Shown here: one piece after another, positions 55,674 through 64,000 of the stretch
How the letters are laid out: each line of letters begins with the position of its first letter
How positions within the stretch are numbered: position 1 is the first letter of the stretch
Assembly: GCF_965229775.1 (NCBI RefSeq)
Contig: NZ_OZ245929.1
Span: 5,094,430 to 5,158,429, forward strand
Direction of reading: 5' to 3'
DNA from: Roseibium sp.
Lineage (GTDB): Bacteria > Pseudomonadota > Alphaproteobacteria > Rhizobiales > Stappiaceae
Length of the DNA stretch: 64,000 bases
The notes under the pieces: generated by a model
Told to the model about the DNA's origin: nothing
Database searches by the model: none
What the model saw: the letters and a program-made list of their open reading frames with translations, nothing else
Program-made: the position numbers and the translations under genes

Positions 55674-58600
55674 ATGCGCACACCCCTGATCACGTCTAAG
55701 CGGTTCGCCCCGCTCTTCTGGACCCAGTTCCTGTCCGCGTTCAACGACAACTTCCTGAAGAACACGATGGTATTCCTGGTGTTGTTTCAGGTCGTTGCAA
55801 CGGGCGGTGACACCGGCAACGCCGGCGCTCTGATTGCCCTGGCCGGCGCGATTTTCATCGCACCCTTCCTGTTCCTGTCGGCCCTTGGCGGCGAACTGGC
55901 CGACAAATACGACAAGTCCATTCTGGCCCGTCGGACGAAGGCCATCGAAATTGCCGGCGCGGGCATCGCCGTTGTCGGCATGCTGACGGCTTCGTTGACC
56001 GTCCTCTTCGCCGCCCTGTTTCTCTTCGGAGCCATGTCCGCGCTCTTCAGTCCGGTCAAATACGGGCTGCTGCCGGAACATCTGGAGACTGATGAACTGC
56101 CGCGCGCAAACGCCTGGATCGAAGCCGGGACTTTCCTGGCCATTCTCACCGGGACGATTTCCGCAGGACTAGTGTTCGCCGCCGGCGCCCCGTCGCTGAT
56201 CTTCGCACCTGCCATGCTTGTCCTTGCTTTCGCCTGCTACGGCATGAGCCGGCAGATCCCGCGCTCGGCCGCGGCGTCCCCCGATCTGAAGGTGGATTGG
56301 AACCTATTCACCTCCACCTGGCGCATCCTCGGCGACCTGGCCGGCAACAGGCAGCTGTTCAAGGTGGCCCTGATGAATGCCTGGTTCTGGCTGGTCGGTT
56401 CGATCGTCCTCGCCATGCTGCCTTTGATCGTCAAGGACGTCCTGGGCGGCGACGAAAACGCCGTCACCTATTTCCTGACTGTCTTTGCCGTTTCCATCGG
56501 TATCGGCTCCGCGCTTGCCGCATGGCTGTCCGCCGGCCGCGTGGTGCTGCTGCCCGCTCCGGTCGGCACCTTGCTGATCGCCCTGTTCAGCGCTGACATT
56601 GCGTGGACCCTCTCGTCGCTGCCTGAAGCTGCGCCCGCGGCAGGCCTGCTTGAACTTCTGGGCCGCGAGGGCACCCTGCGGCTGACGGTCGACATGGCGG
56701 GTCTGGCAATCTCCGGCGCCCTTCTGGTGGTCCCGACCTTCACGGCCCTGCAGACCTGGGCGAAACCGGAGACCCGTGCGCGCCGCATTGCCGGCTCCAA
56801 TGCCCTCGGCGCAGCCCTCATGGCGCTGGGAGGAATCGTGTTGGCGGCAGCCCAGAGGGCCGGTGTCTCGGTCTCCGCAATCATGGCAATGCTCAGCGGT
56901 CTGAACGCAGTGGCCGCCGTGGCCATGCTGAAAGCTCTGCCCACCAACCCGATGCGTGACGCGATTTCCATTCTCTATCGCGCCATCTTTCGCGTCGATA
57001 TCAAGGGACTTGAAAACCTCGAGAAGGCGGGCGACGCCCCCATTCTGGCGCTCAACCACGTGTCCTATCTGGACGCGGGCCTCGCGCTGACGCTGACGGA
57101 TCGCAGCCCGACCTTCGCCATCGATTACAACATCGCGCAGCGCTGGTGGGTACGCCCGTTCCTGACCTTGGCAAACGCCCTGCCGATCAACCCGGCCAAA
57201 CCGCTTGCCACACGGTCGCTGATCAAGGTGGTGAAGTCCGGGGAACCCATGGTGATCTTTCCCGAAGGCCGCCTGACCGTCACCGGATCGCTGATGAAGG
57301 TCTATGACGGCGCCGCCATGGTCGCCGACAAGACCGGTGCGATGATCGTTCCGATCCGCATCGACGGCCTTGAAAAGACGCCCTTTTCCTATCTCAACCC
57401 GAACCAGATCCGCAAACGCTTGTTTCCCAAAGTAAAGGTGACCATCATGGAACCCAAACGTCTGGAATTGCCGGAAGACCTGAAGGGGCGCAAACGCCGT
57501 GCCGCTGCAGGCAGCTCCCTCTATCAGATCATGTCAGAGTTGATGTTCGAAACCAGCCTTGCAGCAGACAAGACCATTGTGGATCAGGTGATTGCCACCG
57601 CAAAGGAACGCGGCGGCTCGCAAACCGCTCTGGAAGATCCGCTGACGGGTCCGTTGAGCTACGGCAAGCTGCTGACCGGGGTGTCCGTCCTCGGCCGCAA
57701 GATCATGGCGCACACCAAAGGTGAAGAGACGGTCGGCATCATGCTGCCCAACGCCAACGGTTCGGCAGTCACCGTTCTGGCCACCATGTCCGCTGGCAAG
57801 GTACCGGCAATGCTGAACTTCACCGCCGGTCCGGAAAGCGTGCTGTCGGCCTGCCGCACGGCCAATGTCAGGACCGTGCTGACGTCGCGCACCTTCGTCC
57901 GCCAGGCGAAACTGGAGGATCTGACCGAAAAGCTGGCACCGCACGTGAAGCTCATCTGGCTGGACGAATTGCGCAAGGAGATCGGGCTGTTCGAAAAGCT
58001 GCGGGGTGCGCTGACCCGCAACCGTCCCCTGGTTGAGCGGAGCAGCAGCGACACGGCCGTCATCCTGTTCACCTCCGGGTCCGAAGGAACGCCGAAGGGC
58101 GTGGTGCTGACACACCGGAACATTCTGGCCAACGCAAACCAGGCGGCTTCGCGGATCGACTTTTCCGCCTCCGACAAGGTGTTCAACGTGCTGCCGATGT
58201 TCCATTCCTTCGGTCTGACAGCCGGCACGATCCTGCCGCTCGTCTCCGGTGTACCGACTTTCCTCTATCCGTCTCCCCTGCACTACCGGATCATTCCGGA
58301 GCTGATCTACAGCTCCAATGCAACGATCCTGTTCGGCACGGACACGTTCCTGAACGGCTATGCGCGCGTGGCCCATGCCTATGACTTCCGCTCCCTGCGC
58401 TACTGCTTTGCAGGCGCGGAGCCGGTAAAGCAGTCCACCCGTCAGATCTACATGGACCGCTTTGGCGTCCGCGTTCTGGAAGGCTACGGCGTCACCGAAA
58501 CCGCACCGGTCATTGCCCTGAACACGCCGATGTTCAGCAAGCCGGGCACCGTCGGCAAACTCATGCCCGGCATGCAGGCACGCCTGGAGCCCGTACCGGG

Positions 58601-59093
58601 TGTCGAGGACGGCGGACGGCTGCTTGTTTCCGGCCCGAACGTCATGGTCGGTTATCTGAAGGCGGACAAGCCCGGCGAAATCCAGCCGCTTGCCGACGGC
58701 TGGCATGACACGGGCGACATCGTCGCCATTGACGAGGAAGGCTACATCACCATCAAGGGGCGGGCAAAACGCTTCGCCAAGATCGGCGGCGAAATGGTCT
58801 CGCTGGCAGCCGTCGAGGCGGTCGCCGCCCAGGTCTGGCCCGACAATCTTTCAGCCGTTGCCGCGGTGAAGGATCCGCGCAAGGGCGAGAAGCTGGTTCT
58901 GATCACCGACTGCCCCGACGCCACAAGGGACGATTTCCTCAAGGTCGCAAAGGCGCGCGGTGCGCAGGATCTGATGATCCCGGCGGAGGTTCGCACGGTC
59001 GATGCGGTTCCCCTGCTCGGCACGGGCAAGATCGACTTTAGCGGTGTCACGAAACTGGTCACCGGTGAAGGAACCGTCCCCGACGCCGCCTGA
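55674..59093 (+). CDS. aas: Fused MFS (LplT-like) / acyltransferase / acyl-ACP synthetase
   Basis: TQFLSAFNDN MFS; NHVSYLD and FPEGR acyltransferase; FTSGSEGTPKG and EGYGVTE AMP-binding. Confidence 0.93.
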   Translation: MRTPLITSKRFAPLFWTQFLSAFNDNFLKNTMVFLVLFQVVATGGDTGNAGALIALAGAIFIAPFLFLSALGGELADKYDKSILARRTKAIEIAGAGIAVVGMLTASLTVLFAALFLFGAMSALFSPVKYGLLPEHLETDELPRANAWIEAGTFLAILTGTISAGLVFAAGAPSLIFAPAMLVLAFACYGMSRQIPRSAAASPDLKVDWNLFTSTWRILGDLAGNRQLFKVALMNAWFWLVGSIVLAMLPLIVKDVLGGDENAVTYFLTVFAVSIGIGSALAAWLSAGRVVLLPAPVGTLLIALFSADIAWTLSSLPEAAPAAGLLELLGREGTLRLTVDMAGLAISGALLVVPTFTALQTWAKPETRARRIAGSNALGAALMALGGIVLAAAQRAGVSVSAIMAMLSGLNAVAAVAMLKALPTNPMRDAISILYRAIFRVDIKGLENLEKAGDAPILALNHVSYLDAGLALTLTDRSPTFAIDYNIAQRWWVRPFLTLANALPINPAKPLATRSLIKVVKSGEPMVIFPEGRLTVTGSLMKVYDGAAMVADKTGAMIVPIRIDGLEKTPFSYLNPNQIRKRLFPKVKVTIMEPKRLELPEDLKGRKRRAAAGSSLYQIMSELMFETSLAADKTIVDQVIATAKERGGSQTALEDPLTGPLSYGKLLTGVSVLGRKIMAHTKGEETVGIMLPNANGSAVTVLATMSAGKVPAMLNFTAGPESVLSACRTANVRTVLTSRTFVRQAKLEDLTEKLAPHVKLIWLDELRKEIGLFEKLRGALTRNRPLVERSSSDTAVILFTSGSEGTPKGVVLTHRNILANANQAASRIDFSASDKVFNVLPMFHSFGLTAGTILPLVSGVPTFLYPSPLHYRIIPELIYSSNATILFGTDTFLNGYARVAHAYDFRSLRYCFAGAEPVKQSTRQIYMDRFGVRVLEGYGVTETAPVIALNTPMFSKPGTVGKLMPGMQARLEPVPGVEDGGRLLVSGPNVMVGYLKADKPGEIQPLADGWHDTGDIVAIDEEGYITIKGRAKRFAKIGGEMVSLAAVEAVAAQVWPDNLSAVAAVKDPRKGEKLVLITDCPDATRDDFLKVAKARGAQDLMIPAEVRTVDAVPLLGTGKIDFSGVTKLVTGEGTVPDAA

Positions 59094-59111
59094 CCGGCGC
59101 CGATGCAACCA

Positions 59112-59146
59112 GCCAGTGTGTCCCGGGAACAGCCGGGACACACGGC
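59112..59146 (+). terminator. Hairpin after aas
   Basis: GCCAGTGTGTCCCGG-GAACAG-CCGGGACACACGGC. Confidence 0.55.
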
Positions 59147-59172
59147 TCTTGCCCCGCCAAGGGATCTGAGAC

Positions 59173-59440
59173 TAGGGTACGGCCTCATAAAGGAAGTCAA
59201 TTTGGTTCGGATCGTTTTGACCAGCTGCAAGGAGCGGTGGCGCAGGAAATGTGGTGCATTTTCAAGCCTTTCGTGACGATGCAGATGACCGAAACGGCCA
59301 AATCCAAAGGATGGCAAAATGGCTTAACCTCGCAGCGTCACCGCACTTGACCGGGCATAAAGCCCGCTCTGCGCACGCTTCCTCGCGAGATCTTGCCATT
59401 TCTGCTGCCAAATCGGCTTCATTTATGAGCCCGTACCCTA
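59173..59440. mobile_element. MITE, copy 2 (268 bp including flanking TA)
   Basis: Same length and orientation as copy 1; 91% identity with no indels; same terminal inverted repeats. Confidence 0.9.
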
Positions 59441-59498
59441 ATCTCCACCAGCGGTGGCCGGCACCGTTCGATTGATTTCAAGTGAGGATTTGTCCCGA

Positions 59499-59927
59499 AT
59501 GACCACCCCCGCCTATGACGACCAGAACGTGTTTGCCAAGATCCTGCGGGGCGAACTTCCGAGCCACAAGATCTATGAGGACGAAAAGACCCTCGTGATC
59601 ATGGACATCATGCCGCGCGGCGACGGACATATCCTGGTCATTCCCAAGGCCGCATCGCGCAATATCCTGGATATCGAACCGGACGACCTGAACGCGGTCA
59701 TGGCAACGGTCCAGAAGATGGCGCGCACGGTCATCGAGGCCTTCGGCGCGGATGGCACGACCATCCAGCAGTTCTCGGAACCCGCCGGCGGACAGGTCGT
59801 CTTTCATACCCATGTCCACATCATCCCGCGCTTTGACGGTGTTTCGCTCAGACCGCATACCGGCGAGATGGCCGACAACGACATTCTTGCCGCCAATGCG
59901 GAGAAGATCCGGGCGGCCCTCGCCTGA
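59499..59927 (+). CDS. HIT-family nucleotide hydrolase
   Basis: FAKILRGELP, GHILVIPK, HTHVHII histidine triad. Confidence 0.93.
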   Translation: MTTPAYDDQNVFAKILRGELPSHKIYEDEKTLVIMDIMPRGDGHILVIPKAASRNILDIEPDDLNAVMATVQKMARTVIEAFGADGTTIQQFSEPAGGQVVFHTHVHIIPRFDGVSLRPHTGEMADNDILAANAEKIRAALA

Positions 59928-59929
59928 GC

Positions 59930-60442
59930 GTGACGCGGTCCGGCAAAACGATCCGGCTGTTCACCTTTCAGCGAACGCCGGTTCTGGACCTTTTTGACGC
60001 CGATGGATGCTACCGGCCGACCTGGGAAGGAACCGGTATCGCCGGCAGGCACAGAATTGCGTATGAATTTGTCGGCAGACACATGTGCGAGATCGGCCTG
60101 TCGGACGGCCTGACGCCGCCTGTCTGGGCGTTCGAGGCAGACCCCGGCGAACTCGGCCTGCTCGCGACGATGCTCCTGTCCGATCACGAGCTTTCGCGAT
60201 CCGACTATGTCACGCTGGAGCTAAACGTTCCTGAGGACCTGATCCTGCGCACCTCCTACGGTGCGTGGTGCGAGCTCTATTTTTCCTGTCTCGAGACCGG
60301 ACGGATCGAGGACGACGGCAAGTGGCTGGACTGCAGTCCGGTCGACGAATATCCATCACATACGGCGCAGGCCATCCTGCCATATGTTCTGAAAAAATGG
60401 ATCTTGAGCGTCGAGCCGCTGAAGGCTCCCTCGCTTGATTGA
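59930..60442 (+). CDS. DUF3841-like protein
   Basis: LFTFQ, AYEFV, PVWA, LELNVPEDLILRTSYGAW, QAILP pattern recalled from DUF3841; starts 2 bp after the HIT stop. Confidence 0.55.
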   Translation: MTRSGKTIRLFTFQRTPVLDLFDADGCYRPTWEGTGIAGRHRIAYEFVGRHMCEIGLSDGLTPPVWAFEADPGELGLLATMLLSDHELSRSDYVTLELNVPEDLILRTSYGAWCELYFSCLETGRIEDDGKWLDCSPVDEYPSHTAQAILPYVLKKWILSVEPLKAPSLD

Positions 60443-60595
60443 TATGTTAAATTTAAGTGGTTTATTAATAAATGTACCGTAACGTTAATTAGCGATCCCC
60501 AAAATCGCTTCGCAACCTCGTGAGCGTTTCTCCGTGTACCCTATCCACGTTCACGAGGTTGCATCTTCACTTACTTCCAACCTCAAGGAAACTGG

Positions 60596-60985
60596 TCATC
60601 TTGCCCGGGCTGCCGCCGCGGTGTCGTGGTACTCGTGCAGTTCCACAACACGGTCGTCTTTCACGGTGAAGAACAGCGCCAACTCCGTTTCACGGGAGAC
60701 GCCGGTGTGGCGGCTCGTCATCTTCACACTGATCTGCGTTGCCGCGCGATTGCCTGAAACGATGATGTCCGTCAGACGGTATTCATCGATCTGCCAGTCC
60801 GCCTGTATCTGCCCGATTGTATTCCAGAAAGCGTTCTTGCCGGTGCAATCGGCGCAATAGGGACCGGTTTCCACATCGGCGTGGATGCGATAGCGGATGT
60901 CATCGTGCAGAAACGAGGAGACGGTTTCGGCATCTCCGCGGTTGTAGCACTCGATCGCCGTGCGAACGACTTCTTCGGTTGTCAT
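60596..60985 (-). CDS. NTF2/SnoaL-like protein
   Basis: VRTAIECYNRGD, FTVKDDRVVELHEYHDT. Confidence 0.85.
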   Translation of the reverse strand: MTTEEVVRTAIECYNRGDAETVSSFLHDDIRYRIHADVETGPYCADCTGKNAFWNTIGQIQADWQIDEYRLTDIIVSGNRAATQISVKMTSRHTGVSRETELALFFTVKDDRVVELHEYHDTAAAARAR

Positions 60986-61082
60986 GGATATTTCCTCGCA
61001 ACATTTAAATTCAGATAATTCCGAAATGCTGGAGCCGGGCTCATGGAGCATTGACGCACCCCGGCCCGGCTGCGCCGCGCCG

Positions 61083-61535
61083 CTAATCCGGGCAATTGAG
61101 GCAACGTTCGAACGTTCCCTTATCCAGCGAGCCAAGCTGCTGAAACAGGCTCAGGAAATCAAAATGATTGAAGGCATCGATGATCTGATCGTTCGAAAAA
61201 CGCCCATAGACCGTGCCCGTCATTCTCACGCGCTCGCCTGACTTGCGCGAGGTGCCCTGAAACTCACACAGCGCGCAAAGCCACTCGCCGGAGGCGATAC
61301 TGCGCTTGATGTCGATCTTGACGTCCTTCACAAGGTTGAGCAGAGCCCTTTGAAAGACCTTGAACTCTTCCGGGCCAAGCATTTCGTGTTCAGTAAACCC
61401 GTCATCGCCGTCTCTGGTCTGGGCTCCCAGACCAACAGCCCGACCGTCCGGAACGAACATTTCTTCAATGGCCGTTTCATCCTCTTCGCTCCAAACGCGC
61501 CGGAACCAGGTCTCAAGAATTTCAAGATTTGTCAT
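61083..61535 (-). CDS. Ester cyclase / SnoaL-like protein
   Basis: WFRRVWSE, GPEEF, HFDFLSLFQQLG. Confidence 0.8.
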   Translation of the reverse strand: MTNLEILETWFRRVWSEEDETAIEEMFVPDGRAVGLGAQTRDGDDGFTEHEMLGPEEFKVFQRALLNLVKDVKIDIKRSIASGEWLCALCEFQGTSRKSGERVRMTGTVYGRFSNDQIIDAFNHFDFLSLFQQLGSLDKGTFERCLNCPD

Positions 61536-61639
61536 AAGAAAAAGATCCCCCCTAGTTTCAAAGCAACCAGTATGCCATGTGTGGTTGAAATTACGAAGGG
61601 GAATGTGGGAGGGTTCTAAGCCGTTCAGGAATCATGACC

Positions 61640-62290
61640 CTAGGAAACGCCGGCTGCCTTGGCCGCCTCTTCCTGTTCTCTGGCCAGGTTCTGGTCCTCC
61701 TGCAGTACCTTCACGGCGGCCGGCCGCTCGAAGAATCTGGCCGTATAGTCCTTGAACTCGCCGAACTCCGGCACGATGCCGAACACCATGCCCCATCGAA
61801 GCCCCATCGCCCAGAGAACATCCAGCGCGGTCAGTCTGTCGCCTAGGACATGGGGCCCTTTCGACAGTTGCTCGCGCATGTTTTCCATTACCGTGTCGAA
61901 ACTCCCGTATGGCGACATCGATTGCGGCGGCTCTTCCCGCTTCAGCGCACGATCCACCAGCGCCGGCTCGAAGCAGGACGCCATGTAGACGAACCAGCGC
62001 AGATACGGCCCGCGAAGCGGATCGTCGACCGCGGGCGTCAGCCCTTTTTCCGGAAAAAGGTCCGCAAGATAAACGTAGATGGCGACCTGTTCGGTCACCA
62101 CCGTGTCGCCGTACCGCACCGCGGGGACTTTTCCGGCCGGGTTGATCGACAGGAAGCCGGGTTTCCTGTTTTCTCCCAGCTTGAAGTTCAGGACATTGAG
62201 GATGTAGGGCGCGCCCAGTTCTTCGAGCAGGACACGCACACCCGTCGCGCGGGTCTGCGGGGCATAAAAGAGTTCCACTTGCTGTGCCAT
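61640..62290 (-). CDS. Glutathione S-transferase family protein
   Basis: LLEELGAPY, INPAGKVP, TEQVAI. Confidence 0.9.
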   Translation of the reverse strand: MAQQVELFYAPQTRATGVRVLLEELGAPYILNVLNFKLGENRKPGFLSINPAGKVPAVRYGDTVVTEQVAIYVYLADLFPEKGLTPAVDDPLRGPYLRWFVYMASCFEPALVDRALKREEPPQSMSPYGSFDTVMENMREQLSKGPHVLGDRLTALDVLWAMGLRWGMVFGIVPEFGEFKDYTARFFERPAAVKVLQEDQNLAREQEEAAKAAGVS

Positions 62291-62324
62291 GTCACGCTCC
62301 TGGTCCCGGTTCTTTCCGTACTCT

Positions 62325-62687
62325 CTAGCCTACATGATCAACCAGCCACCAGCCACCGATCAGGAACACCTCCGCGGCAAGAACGCCGACAATGACCTTC
62401 TGCCGCGACGCGAAGAACGCCGCAAATCCGGCGCTGGATGCGGCAACGCGCAGCCAAATCGGCGTTTCGCTCAGGACGCCCTGCGGAAACAGGATCAATT
62501 TGGAGATCAGACCCGCGACAAGTGCTGTTGCGACACAGCGCACCCAGATCAGCAATTCGCTGTCTTCGCGGAGCCGCCCACTGGCAAACACCCCGATCCA
62601 GCGCCAGACATCCGTCGCAAACCATCCGGCCACCAGGATCATCACATAGGGCCACCACCAGGCTTCGTTCGCAAGGGTCTCGGTCAT
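62325..62687 (-). CDS. azlD: AzlD-domain membrane protein
   Basis: ATDVWRWIG, ATALVAGL; ATGA overlap with azlC. Confidence 0.75.
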   Translation of the reverse strand: MTETLANEAWWWPYVMILVAGWFATDVWRWIGVFASGRLREDSELLIWVRCVATALVAGLISKLILFPQGVLSETPIWLRVAASSAGFAAFFASRQKVIVGVLAAEVFLIGGWWLVDHVG

Positions 62688-63445
62688 GACAGCCCCTTCC
62701 GGAAGATCTTCATGCCGAAAAAGGCCGCTGTCCCGCCGATCAGCCCGGTCCACAACAGGTCAAGGCCCGGCAGATACAGATAGACAACCGGTCCCAGAAC
62801 GAGCCCGACCACCATCGCCGCCTTGTCGACATTGAGACGCGCAGCCCCCCACAGCGAGCACAGGAAATAGACCGGCGTCACCAGGACCAGCGCACCGGCG
62901 ACAACATCCGGCAACCGTTCCACGGCCATGTACGCAATGCCTGTCATGCAGAAAACAAAACTCGTGACGCCGGACCCGAACCCGGAAAAATACGGCAGAC
63001 GCGCCGCGCGCGGCAGCTCCGGCAAGGTGCGCATGGCGAACACCCAGGCCGTGACCGCCACGAAATGCGAGGCGATCAACAGGTGCCAGGTTCTGGTCTT
63101 CCCTGGCACCTTGACCATCGGCATCAGCGCCATGGTCATCGGCATCAGACGGACGGAAGCCAGGGCAACGGCAATGGCCGCCGGCACCAGCCCCATGCCG
63201 GACGTGAGGGCGCCGGTGAGAACCACAATGGAAGGCAAGGCCCAGATGAGGCCGGTCATGGCCAGCGTTTCGCCAAGCGACAGGCCGTTCTCGCGCGCCA
63301 GTCCGGCAAATCCGACAAAGGCCGCCGTCAGGATCAGCGCCGGTATCGAAATCGACGCACGCATGCCCAGAAAGAACCATTCTCTCCCGGTTCGCGCCGG
63401 AAGCTCAGGCGGGGGCGTTTGCGCAGTTCCTTCAGGAACGGTCAT
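62684..63445 (-). CDS. azlC: AzlC-family permease
   Basis: WALPS, VRLMPM, multiple TM helices; paired with azlD. Confidence 0.8.
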   Translation of the reverse strand: MTVPEGTAQTPPPELPARTGREWFFLGMRASISIPALILTAAFVGFAGLARENGLSLGETLAMTGLIWALPSIVVLTGALTSGMGLVPAAIAVALASVRLMPMTMALMPMVKVPGKTRTWHLLIASHFVAVTAWVFAMRTLPELPRAARLPYFSGFGSGVTSFVFCMTGIAYMAVERLPDVVAGALVLVTPVYFLCSLWGAARLNVDKAAMVVGLVLGPVVYLYLPGLDLLWTGLIGGTAAFFGMKIFRKGLS

Positions 63446-63800
63446 GGGAGGGGCACTCGAGACTCAAAGATAATAAGGCAGCCTTACATTTTTCCACACA
63501 ACGAGTCCAGACCGCCGCCAATCACACGCGAGAATTCCGCAGCGCCGGAGGGCGTTTATCCTTTGTCAACGATGGCGGCACCGCCCCACAACCCCTGCCC
63601 GCATTTTGCCAAAATCACCACATTGGATTGAAGCTGAGAAGTGGCAATCAGAGGGTTCCAAGGTGGCGGGAAATGTCTTGATCAATGCTTTGTTTTGCGC
63701 GGCACTTCTGTGGCTGCGCGCGCAACTCGACTATGCCCAGGGCAAACGCCCTGTCCGGCCGCGCGCATTGGGCAATCTTTACTGACGCCAGCCGGCTGCG

Positions 63801-64000
63801 TCACACCGACCGCGTAAGCCCGCCATCAATACGGATGTTCTGACCTGTGATGTAGGCGGCCGCGTCGCTGGCGAGATAGGAAATCAGTCCGGAGACCTCG
63901 CCGGATCGGCCATAGCGGCCCATCGGGATGCGCGCGCGCCGGTCGTCCTTTTCCTGAAGACTGTCGATGAAACCGGGAAGGATGTTGTTCATCCGCACGT
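63801..64000 (-). CDS. SDR-family oxidoreductase (3' end only)
   Basis: NNILPGFIDS...PMGRYG...YITGQNIRIDGG. Confidence 0.85.
   Translation of the reverse strand, partial: VRMNNILPGFIDSLQEKDDRRARIPMGRYGRSGEVSGLISYLASDAAAYITGQNIRIDGGLTRSV

Noticed and set aside
60536-60543. GTACCCTA matching the MITE terminus
   Set aside because: Only 8 bp, expected by chance in 64 kb; no further TIR similarity.
1-64000. Prophage, integrase, IS transposase, tRNA/rRNA, CRISPR-Cas
   Set aside because: No supporting motifs or structures recognised by eye; tRNAscan and Rfam scans were not run.

Overview
A 64-kb GC-rich alphaproteobacterial chromosome segment. Gene content and codon style suggest a marine Hyphomicrobiales such as Roseibium/Labrenzia; this is an inference. 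No rRNA, tRNA, CRISPR array, integrase or transposase was recognised. The window opens with core genes: an NDUFA12-like gene, a single-domain response regulator, and class II ribonucleotide reductase nrdJ with tandem NrdR boxes. A long accessory mosaic follows the nrdJ terminator. The most notable items are: (1) a 12-heme periplasmic cytochrome c with a Rap1a-fold partner, divergent from an operon of a Cys-rich FNR-type regulator fused transcriptionally to a second ccmF-ccmH-ccmI (NrfEFG-like) heme lyase set; (2) a secreted caspase/PG-binding/C-type-lectin protein divergent from a cytoplasmic HEXXH (M48/Lit-like) protease and a small one-helix partner, next to a STAND-type regulator, a possible conflict or signalling module; (3) a di-heme bCcP/MauG-family enzyme with His in place of the inter-heme Trp, flanked by a small secreted peptide and a secreted His/Trp-rich protein; (4) two 268-bp copies of a TA-targeting MITE; (5) a (GACAAGA)n tandem repeat abutting a LysR RBS; (6) a 74-bp direct repeat bracketing an AraC/methyltransferase cassette. 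The rest comprises a sulfatase/TAXI-TRAP/GST cluster, an ECF sigma/anti-sigma operon, a TetR-PspA-YiaAB-Aas operon, selO and assorted metabolic genes. All family assignments come from motif recognition by eye; no database searches were run.
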